Positions 25,301 to 34,915 of a stretch of 64,000 nt of DNA are shown piece by piece. The position numbers and the translations under genes are program-made. The DNA is from Dimorphilus gyrociliatus (Eukaryota > Animalia > Annelida): assembly GCA_904063045.1 (NCBI GenBank), contig CAJFCJ010000016.1:558001-622000 (forward strand), written 5' to 3'. Within the stretch, counting starts at the first letter, position 1. Each line of letters opens with the position of its first letter. The notes under the pieces were generated by a model. It made no database searches and was not told the DNA's origin. It saw nothing but the letters and a program-made list of their open reading frames with translations.

Positions 25301-28147
25301 GCACCCGAAAGTGATGAAACAGAAGCTCCATCAGCAAAACCAGAAAGTACTGAAACAGAAGCTTCATCTGAAAAACCAGAAGTGAGTGACACAGAAGCTA
25401 CAACTCCAGCACCGGAAAGTGATGAAACAGAAGTTCCATCTGCAAAACCAGAAAGTACTGAAACAGAAGCTCCATCTGAAAAACCAGAAATCAGTGACAC
25501 AGAAGCTACAACTCCAGCACCGGAAAGTGATGAAACAGAAGTTCCATCTGCAAAACCAGAAAGTACTGAAACAGAAGCTCCATCTGAAAAACCAGAAATC
25601 AGTGACACAGAAGCTACAACTCCAGCACCGGAAAGTGATGAAACAGAAGTTCCATCTGCAAAACCAGAAAGTACTGAAACAGAAGCTCCATCTGAAAAAC
25701 CAGAAATCAGTGACACAGAAGCTAGAACTCCAGCACCGGAAAGTGATGAAACAGAAGTTCCATCTGCAAAACCAGAAAGTACTGAAACAGAAGCTCCATC
25801 TGAAAAACCAGAAGTGAGTGGCACAGAAGGTACAACTCCAGCACCGGAAAGTGATGAAACAGAAGTTCCATCTGCAAAACCAGAAAGTACTGAAACAGAA
25901 GCTCCATCTGAAAAACCAGAAGTGAGTGGCACAGAAGCTAGAACTCCAGCACCCGAAAGTGATGAAACAGAAGCTCCATCAGCAAAACCAGAAAGTACTG
26001 AAACAGAAGCTTCATCTGAAAAACCAGAAGTGAGTGACACAGAAGCTACAACTCCAGCACCGGAAAGTGATGAAACAGAAGTTCCATCTGCAAAACCAGA
26101 AAGTACTGAAACAGAAGCTCCATCTGAAAAACCAGAAATCAGTGACACAGAAGCTACAACTCCAGCACCAGAAAGTGATGAAACAGAAGCTCCATCTGCA
26201 AAACCAGAAAGTACTGAAACAGAAGCTCCATCTAAAAAACCAGAAATCAGTGACACAGAAGCTACAACTCCAGCACCAGAAAGTGATGAAACAGAAGTTC
26301 CAAATGCAAAACCAGAAAGTACTGAAACAGAAGCTCCATCTGAAAAACCAGAAGTGAGTGACACAGAAGCTACAACTCCAGCACCGGAAAGTGATGAAAC
26401 AGAAGTTCCATCTGCAAAACCAGAAAGTACTGAAACAGAAGCTCCATCTGAAAAACCAGAAATCAGTGACACAGAAGCTACAACTCCAGCACCAGAAAGT
26501 GATGAAACAGAAGTTCCAAATGCAAAACCAGAAAGTACTGAAACAGAAGCTCCATCTGAAAAACCAGAAATCAGTGACACAGAAGCTACAACTCCAGCAC
26601 CCAAAAGTGATGAAACAGAAGCTCCATCAGCAAAACCAGAAAGTACTGAAACAGAAGCTTCATCTGAAAAACCAGAAGTGAGTGACACAGAAGCTACAAC
26701 TCCAGCACCGGAAAGTGATGAAACAGAAGTTCCATCTGCAAAACCAGAAAGTACTGAAACAGAAGCTACAACTCCAGCACCCGAAAGTGATGAAACAGAA
26801 GTTCCAAATGGAAAACCCGAAAGTACTGCAACAGAAGCTCCATCTGCAAAACCAGAAGTGAGTGACACAGAAACTGCCACTCCAGCACCCGAAAGTGATG
26901 AAACAGAAGTTCCAAATGCAAAACCCAAAAGTACTGCAACAGAAGCTCCATCAGCCAAACCAGAAGTGAGTGACACAGAAGCTACTACTCCAGCACCGGA
27001 AAGTGATGAAACAGAAGCTCCATCTGCAAAACCAGAAATGAGTGACACAGAAACTGCCACGCCAGAACCAGAGACTGCGACTGCGTTTATCCCATCGGAA
27101 ACTGCTACTCCCCGTACGATAGAAACTACTATTTCAACAGAAAGAATTGTTGTAACAAAGGCAACTAATATCAATGATCCTGCTGAAGATGGTGCTGTCG
27201 AGAAGGGTGAAATATTTGTTGAAGGTGGTGATATCCATCGTCAGCCTTCAAAACCTTTAGGAATGGGAAATACTGTTGTTGCTGACGATGACATATATGT
27301 GTCTAGTTCGAGACGTGGACATTCGAAAACCGAAGTGAGACCCGATGGAAAGTCATGGATTCCTAAACGAAAAGATAGACAGCCAGCTATTGCTATTGAT
27401 TTTGGTAGTATTGTTGATATCACTAGCATGAAAATGTCTGGCGATGGTTCTAATAGATGGATATCTAAATTTAATCTCTTTGTGTCTATTAATGGTGATG
27501 AATTCCAACATTTGCTTAAGGATAAAGCAGGAAATTCTGATGGAACTTCATCAAAGCTGATTGATTTTACGCAAGAGACAGGGCAAGTTTTATCCACAAG
27601 GTGGTTGAAAATTATGCCAGTCGAATGGGAAAACAGTCCTGCTCTGAAAGTCGAGTTTTATGGATTCAGAAGAGAAGATGATCCCAATTTGTTGAGAGTT
27701 TTGAGAGAAGATGAATGGACAAAGAATATTACTGGGTGCCCTTGTGTAGGAGAAAAAGATCAAAATAAAAAGAGATGTGCCTGCTGCAATCCAGGTGGCT
27801 GTCAATGTGCTAATTACAAACATCAATGTGTCAGATGTGATCATCCAGATGAATGTGGAAACCCAAGAGCATTACCAAAAGACGAAGTAGACGCCTGGAC
27901 AAAATCACTTAGTGGATGTGAATGCAGCTTTGATAAAACTCGTAAGGATTGCGCTTGTTGCAAGAACAAAGGATGTCAATGTGGTAAAGAATCCCAACAC
28001 CAATGTGTTGCTTGCGGAGATGTATACTCGTGTGGAAGAATCCGAACTGATATATTCAAGCCAAATTATTGTGTTCAAAGCAAATGCAATAAGGATTCTA
28101 TGAAAATGCCAGGAAATTTTAGGTCTTGGTCATATACAAAGAATTAA
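16341..28147 (+). CDS. Giant secreted multi-lectin mucin-like protein, about 3398 aa: SP + 2 SUEL + 25 PAN/apple + PTES repeat stalk + F5/8C + 2 Cys-rich repeats
   Basis: 28 exons, all internal junctions phase 1: 16341-16401, 16464-16784, 16843-17157, 17214-17450, 17512-17985, 18043-18279, 18339-18575, 18634-18870, 18933-19169, 19229-19459, 19521-19751, 19812-20042, 20107-20337, 20399-20629, 20691-20927, 20993-21229, 21294-21530, 21594-21830, 21886-22116, 22183-22407, 22477-22707, 22770-23006, 23060-23296, 23349-23585, 23638-23874, 23927-24163, 24224-24460, 24519-28147. Sum 10197 nt with no internal stop found. Signal peptide MRTVFVTCSLALLVVFISSA; no TM or GPI tail. Confidence 0.88.
16464..17157 (+). 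other. Two SUEL (rhamnose/galactose-binding lectin) domains
   Basis: CE..(L/I).CP.G..I......YGR ... C.GK.SCSI.A.N..FGDPC.G..K(F/Y)L in both exons. Confidence 0.9.
17214..24460 (+). repeat. Array of 25 PAN/apple (PAN_4-like) domains, one per 225-237 nt exon (domains 2 and 3 share one exon)
   Basis: Repeated GY.R(Y/F)..KDYPG.DI....S...C.3.C.5.C..FVYN.....C.(I/L)K.....G......GELFI pattern. Confidence 0.88.
23060..24163 (+). repeat. Recent tandem duplication of exon+intron units, 289-bp period (PAN21-24)
   Basis: Exon starts at 23060, 23349, 23638, 23927; the 52-nt introns are nearly identical (gtaagcaatggattc...aaacctttta(a/t)acag). Confidence 0.93.
24851..27060 (+). repeat. Coding minisatellite, 108 bp / 36 aa, about 21 units (TEATTPAPESDETEVPSAKPESTETEAPSEKPEISD)
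   Basis: Unit starts at 24851+108n up to 26687, then one 72-nt unit and units at 26759, 26867, 26975. Confidence 0.95.
27245..27667 (+). other. F5/8 type C (discoidin) domain
   Basis: PLGM...SS....H....R.....W......P.I.IDFG......I....G.....W...F......G......GN.D..............R..KI.P..W......KVEFYG. Confidence 0.8.
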
Positions 28148-28907
28148 GTTAGAAGTTTTTGACGAATTTTCAATCTATTGTACTTCTTCAATTTATTGTT
28201 AACCATCACATATTTATTAATACAAAATGCAATTATTAAAAATGAATTTAGCGTTCAATTATTTCTACTATTGAAAAATAGAAGAAATTTTATCAATGAC
28301 AGATAAGGTAGTAGGTAGGAGCTGAGAAAGGACAGAGAGTGAGAGAGAGAGAGTTTAGAACAAGCAGTCAAAGTACATTTGTTCAATATGTAGCTCTTTT
28401 TAAAGGTGAATAAATAAGGAAGTTAGATGATTAGAACATAATTATTTTAACGCTTTATCAACCTAATAACAATTAACAATATTTTTAGTAATTAGTTTAT
28501 TAAAGTAGTTGATTAATTATTTTATCTGACAAATTATAAAGTACTATATTTAGGTATGGATAATTATAGTACTATCCTATAATAATAATAATTACAAATA
28601 TAATATAACACATTCTTATACCTTTAGCAATAATAATAAAAAAAAACACAGTCTACCCTTTTATCTACAGATTAATAGAGTAAATAGTTGTTAGTACTGT
28701 TATTGCAGAAAGTAATTGAATAGTATGAATAAACAATCTAGAAACACTATTCAATACAGCGTAGGTCTAAACCATTAAGAGAAATTAACAATGATAAAAC
28801 ATATAATTTATATAAAAATATTTATACAAGGCCATCATCATTTAAGTATATAACAAAGTGTTTAAATTAGTTGATGGTGAAGGGATTGTCTTTTATTTAG
28901 ACTAGAT

Positions 28908-30117
28908 ATGAGACAGATAGTGTTTTTATATTCAGTCCTTATTTTGATACAATACTTTAGTATACAAAGTAAAATATTAATTAATTATTACTAATGTTAT
29001 TGAATAAATTCTAATTGTTGATATAGCAATTTAAGAAACCAATTGAAAGTACTTTTTACATAGGAATTTATAATAAATCAATATAACAATTAGAAATTAT
29101 CCATAATACTAAAGAATCTTATCAATAGAAATGTAATGTTTCGAGTTAAATAGATGCTGAAGTAACGGATGAACTGGACAATGAATTACTACTCCAAGAG
29201 TTGGATCGTCGAAATGTGAAAAGATCGCCATGTTAGATAAAACAACTCTTCTATTTTCATTAATAATATCAAAGCTACTCTTTTCATAACAGATGACGTT
29301 CCGGGATATGATAGATATCCTAATAGAGATTATTATGGATTCGATATTCAGAAATTCGAAAATACAGACAGACATAGTTGTGCGGAAGAATGCAACGAAC
29401 TGTCAGAATGCAAGGCATTCGTTTTCAATAAGATAAATACTTGTTTTATAAAGACTAGAGGAAGTACAAGCGGTGCGCCATACATGAAGAATAACTTTGG
29501 AGAATTATTTATTAAAAGAACTGGTAGTTAATTGAATATTTCATGAATTCATTAATGAAAATATTACTATACAATCAACAGACGAAATTATTGGCTATAC
29601 TCATTATCCAAAAATGGATTATAATTTACACGACATTAGAAAATTAGTAAATTCTAATCCGCATGACTGTGCGGATGAATGTAATGATGAGCCGAAATGT
29701 AAAGGAATTGTCTTTAACATTTACAATAAATATTGCTATCTTAAACACGAAGCTAAACCGGAAGGAAAATACTTTCTTAACAATCACGCTGGACAATTAT
29801 ATATAAAAGATAGTATATGTAATTTATTAAATATCTTCATATGTCATCAGTTTAATTGCTCTTTTTAATATTCATTAGATGATGTTGATGGATTTAACCG
29901 TTACGAAGGTAGAGATTTTTGCGGAAAGAGTTTTGAAACATTTCACGAAATTGACAGGGAAGATTGCGGTGCTTTATGTAAAAGTTCTGTAAAATGTCAA
30001 GGATTTGTATTTGTTACAATGGTGCAAAAATGTTGCTTAAAGAGTGTAGCTAGAACCTATGGTGAAAACTTTAAAGAAAATCCAGATACAGACTTTTATA
30101 TTAGGGCAAAAGCTTAA
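28908..30117 (+). CDS. Small secreted pre-pro-protein with 3 PAN/apple domains, 279 aa
   Basis: Exons 28908-28968, 29154-29231, 29293-29523, 29582-29812, 29879-30117 (840 nt). Signal MRQIVFLYSVLILIQYFSIQ, acidic pro-piece ending RRNVKR. Confidence 0.8.
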
Positions 30118-30742
30118 GGAGAAGATATAAAAATGTGAAAATGAGATTAAAGTTTGAACGTATTTTATCAAAAAACAAAGAATTCTTAATATTTTTAATA
30201 CAGACCTCCTTTAAGGCTATTTATTTAATTTGTTATTATTTCGAATTGAATTATTCAGTATATTAATATATTCTTTATTACAATATTCATAAATATATAT
30301 TACTTTGTGTAACATATAAGATGAAAAGGTAAATATAAAGAGCTTTTTCATTATACACTATCAGAAAGTATTTAGACAAATGTTTTAATAGCTACGTTGT
30401 CAAGATTTAAAGCATACAATGTACTATTCATATATAATGTTATAGATTACCAATTAAAATGACAATCAATTCTAAAACATTGATCTTATTTAATTAGTAA
30501 TTAAATTTAATAGTTTTAAAGATATTTTGTACACGTTTGTTTATGTTATTTCCCAAAATATTGTTGATAATGCAGCAAAACCCTCTTTTTTCATCATTAT
30601 TCTTATTTATATTGATAACATTTTTAAAAGTTTATAAAAAGGAGTAATGCACTTAACTTCGAATAAATATTTAATGTAAATACTCGACTAGAAAATGATA
30701 ACAGACTCTTATGTAAAAAATGAAATATGACCTTTTAACCAG

Positions 30743-31215
30743 AAGAATCAGCAATACCCAAAGAACCCATTAAATCAGAGGAAACTTTAAAACCAGAAGA
30801 ACTAACTAAACCGAAGGAAGCCAATAAACCAGAAGAACCAACTAAAGCAGTTGAATCTTCAAAACTGAAAGAATTAAACAAACCAGAAGAAATTTTAAAC
30901 ATAGAAAAACCAAAAACATCCTGTTTTTTACAGATAAAACAAATATTTCAAAAAAATCAAGTTTTTCTATCGCTTTTGTTTGTTCACGTTTGATGAAACT
31001 GATTGTTGGTCTGAAGTTTGAAGATATTGTGAACGGAATTAAACATTTGAAGCAAAAAAAGACAGCTAGGCATTTTAGGAGAAGTAGAAGAATGAAAACA
31101 GTTTGTGAACATGATATATTGAAAATGAGATGTCCAGAAAAGAGTATTATCTTTATTTTAAGAGTCTTTCATGGAAGATAGAAGGAAGATTTAGACACTT
31201 GCAATCGAAAGTCAC
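30743..31215 (+). pseudogene. Degenerate lectin-gene relic: KPEE-rich segment plus truncated SUEL N-terminus
   Basis: KTVCEHDILKMRCPEKSIIFILRVFHGR*KEDLDTC parallels RRVCEHQKLRLSCPQGSVIQVHHALYGR; in-frame TAG; different frame from the upstream KPEE segment. Confidence 0.65.
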
Positions 31216-31514
31216 TTAAGATGTGACTTAAAGCTGTTTAAAATGATAGACGGATAAATTTAGATACTTTTCAAATAATATCAGAGGATAATTCTTTATA
31301 TATTTTTAATGAGCGCTGGTTTCTTTGAAATTGATGACATTTCTAATGACTAACAAAGTTCATATTGGCTGAAAAATTTTTGTGTTTAACTGTATTATTC
31401 AAAATTCAAGGAAAAAAGTTTAGCTATAGATTTACATTGTAGTTCCAAATCGTCTTTTCGCCAGTCTTCAAATGATCTTACTGGATGCAATTTGATTTAT
31501 TTAAAAAAAATGTT

Positions 31515-32511
31515 TTAATCACTGGATTCATCATCGTCATCTAATGAATATTAAAAAGAGCAATTAAACTGATGACATATGAAGATATTTAATAAATTAC
31601 ATATATTATCTTTTATATATAATTGTCCAGCGTGATTTTTAATAAAGTATTCTCCTTCCGGCTTAGCGTCGTGTTTAAGATAGCAGTATTTAGTGTAAAT
31701 GTTAAAGACAATTCCTTTACATTTCGGCTCATCATTACATTCATCCGCACAGTCATGCGGATTAGAATTTACTAATTTTCTAATGTCGTGTAAATTATAA
31801 TCCATTTTTGGATAATGAGTATAGCCAATAATTTCGTCTGTTGATTGTATAGTAATATTTTCATTAATGAATTCATGAAATATTCAATTAACTACCAGTT
31901 CTTTTAATAAATAATTCTCCAAAGTTATTCTTCATGTATGGCGCACCGCTTGTACTTCCTCTAGTCTTTATAAAACAAGTATTTATCTTATTGAAAACGA
32001 ATGCCTTGCATTCTGACAGTTCGTTGCATTCTTCCGCACAACTATGTCTGTCTGTATTTTCGAATTTCTGAATATCGAATCCATAATAATCTCTATTAGG
32101 ATATCTATCATATCCCGGAACGTCATCTGTTATGAAAAGAGTAGCTTTGATATTATTAATGAAAATAGAAGAGTTGTTTTATCTAACATGGCGATCTTTT
32201 CACATTTCGACGATCCAACTCTTGGAGTAGTAATTCATTGTCCAGTTCATCCGTTACTTCAGCATCTATTTAACTCGAAACATTACATTTCTATTGATAA
32301 GATTCTTTAGTATTATGGATAATTTCTAATTGTTATATTGATTTATTATAAATTCCTATGTAAAAAGTACTTTCAATTGGTTTCTTAAATTGCTATATCA
32401 ACAATTAGAATTTATTCAATAACATTAGTAATAATTAATTAATATTTTACTTTGTATACTAAAGTATTGTATCAAAATAAGGACTGAATATAAAAACACT
32501 ATCTGTCTCAT
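31515..32511 (-). CDS. Inverted paralog of the small PAN gene, 2 PAN domains (possibly a pseudogene)
   Basis: Exons 32511-32451, 32265-32188, 32126-31896, 31837-31607. The last donor is mutated GT>AT; the protein ends by read-through (stop at 31551) or via a cryptic donor and a short exon 31540-31515. Confidence 0.65.
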
Positions 32512-32662
32512 GTCTAGTCTAAATAAAAGACAATCCCTTCACCATCAACTAATTTAAACACTTTGTTATATACTTAAATCATGTTGGCCTTGTATAAATA
32601 TTTTTATATAAATTATATGTGTTATCATTGTTAATTTCTCTTAATGGTTTAGACTTACGCTG

Positions 32663-33091
32663 GATATCACCACCTTCAACGAATATTTTACCATTCTCTA
32701 CAGCACCATCTTCAACAGGTTCCTTGATATTAGTTGCCTTTGTTACAACATTTCTTTCTGTTGAAATAGTAGTTAATATCGTACTGGGATTAACACAGTC
32801 GTAGTCACTGATTCTGGGGTGGGAGTTGCTGTTGCAGTTCTTTCTGGTTGTGAAGTGGCAGTTTCTGTGTCAATCATTTCTGATTTTGCAGATGGAGCTT
32901 TAGTTTCATTACTTCCTGGTTCAGGAATGGCAGTTTCTGTGTCACTGATTTCTGGTTTTTCAGATGGAGCTTCTGTTTCATCACTTTTAGGTTCTGGAGT
33001 TGTAGCTTCTGTGTCACTCATTTCTGGTTTTGCAGATGGAGCTTTTGATTCTTCACTTTCAGGTTCTGGAGTTGTAGCTTCTGTGTCACTC
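32663..33091 (-). pseudogene. Diverged relic of the giant gene's stalk end (72-bp units plus TTISTER...EGGDI)
   Basis: Reverse complement matches about 26975-27237 with substitutions and a frameshift near LIPVRY*; no start or upstream exon seen. Confidence 0.8.
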
Positions 33092-34915
33092 TTTCCCTAT
33101 CCCTGTCGATTTATTAAAAATGATGATATATTTGTCCGTTCGAACACTATAATCTCTAAGCATCAATCATCTGACTTAGATTAATATTTCAGATATTGGA
33201 GTATACAGCTATAAGGTTTCCCTTATCGATTTTTTCTAAGAGAAGGAAGAGAGATTATCAAAGCCATTTTAAACACATGGTGTTTTTTTCAAACTTGGTC
33301 TTGCAAAACAAGTTCTTTTAATCTTCATCTTATTTCTCTATGGATTATACATTTAGACGTTAGGGGAGATACGAAAAATATGAAAAGTCTTTGATACGTG
33401 TTTTGTCATTTGCTATTCAATTGAATAAAAATACATTTTGCTTGATGATGCTTATAGTCCTTTACTTAACACTTAAACAGCGATGTTAGGAAATGACAAT
33501 TAAGAAAAGAATGTTTTAATTGAACATGTAACCTTCTCTTCATTCATTGTTGAATTATATTAATAATAGTTTAGTTTAATTAAATAAACAATTGGAAAAT
33601 TAACAATACTCTAATGTTTATAATACTCCATTTAAATATTTTTTTCTATTAAACATGAGAAGATAAGCTAAAAGATACAGTTGTTTTTCATAATTATTTA
33701 CTGTATCTTACCTGTTCAAATAGCGAATAATAACTGAAAGAATTTCATTTTTCGTTTAGTTGGCAAATTTCTATGTGTTTCTTTCTTTGTTCTCTCTCTC
33801 TTTCTGTCTCTTTTCTCTTAAGTATTCTAAGGATAATGCGCATTAAGCATTTATTTCCAAGGTATATAAATGAGAAAATTTCTTTTTATACTTTTTCACA
33901 AAATATATCACGAGGATATAAAAATAAAATGATTCTGATACTAATACATACCGCTAATATGGTCTGATTGAAAAACTAGCTGAATGCATTATTATGAACA
34001 GGGTAGCGATAATGTATTGAAATATCGACAATATAAATGAATTAGTTAATATCTTTGGATTTAAAATCCTAGTGAAGTTAGAGAGTTTCTTTTTTTATTA
34101 AATCGTTGCTGATCCTTTCATGTTCTCCTATATCAATTACATCCCGTATAGGACTATTCTTGCCTGGAAAGATTTTTCCGAGAAAAAGCAACAGAATTAC
34201 ACGAAGCAACAACAAAAGACCGAATAGATTTTTTTTCTTAATGATATTCTTACTAAATTACCAGTCACGTGGTATAAAAAAATCAATGTTAATAATAGTG
34301 ATTTTTAGAAGATTAGTTTTAATTTAAATAATAATAAGCTAATGCGAAGAAAAAGACAAAAGTACACATGTTTTGACTAAGGGAGATTAGAGAATAACAT
34401 AATAGAGAACTAACAGTGACAAGATAGGTGGAGAAAATATAGAAAGAGACGAGTGGAGGGAGGGATGGAGAGTGAGAGATAGAAAAGAGAGAGAGAGAGG
34501 GAAGTAGGGGATAGAAAGAGATAATAAGAAAAAAAAGAGAATGAATTGTATTAAAAATATGTCATTATAGGATCATAATGAGGCGAATAATCAGGTAAAA
34601 GAAAAACACAGTCATTACTCTTTTTCATGGCAAAGTAGGATTTAATGCATTCACTGTTTTTAGAAGTAAAAGTATATTGTTTTTGTTATTGCTTACAATA
34701 TTATCGAATCTTGCTAATGACATGAGTAATTTTTGCATTAATAACTAAGATCTTCCTGAAGTGGATGCAAAAAAAAAAGGCTCTTGCAATCTGTTCTTTT
34801 TCCTGAATGAGTGGAGACTGGAACTAAATAATTAAAGTATTATGAATAAATTATTCAATCTGATCTATTTTCATTGTGAAAAGAGAATGGTTTGACATCG
34901 CTAGACAATACTATT

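Larger units (their letters stand above)
28757..32662. repeat. Large inverted repeat: arms about 28757-29890 and 31529-32662, spacer about 1.6 kb
   Basis: Paired landmarks always sum to 61419 (ATG 28908/32511; exon ends 29812/31607; 29879/31540), so the arms are colinear with no net indel; the central part appears identical. Confidence 0.95.

Noticed and set aside
24851-27060. Regular repeat array resembling a CRISPR or satellite
   Set aside because: No unique spacers; the units are in-frame coding repeats in a eukaryotic exon.
24427-27174. 915-aa minus-strand ORF (SVLSGFADG repeats) and the short off-frame Q/K/L-rich ORFs in the same interval
   Set aside because: Antisense and alternate-frame shadows of the 108-bp coding repeat; only the plus frame connects to splice sites and to real domains.
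7370-30117. Five consecutive same-strand genes with short gaps, suggesting an operon or pathway cluster
   Set aside because: Gaps of 0.5-1.1 kb leave room for separate promoters, the functions are unrelated and there is no trans-splice evidence.
29109-32310. Identical 88-aa ORFs at 29109-29375(-) and 32044-32310(+)
   Set aside because: Antisense shadows of the small PAN gene, duplicated by the inverted repeat.
33193-33270. Possible eroded PAN exon (cagctataag...agagattatcaaagccat)
   Set aside because: Only short patchy similarity with stops; cannot be distinguished from chance.
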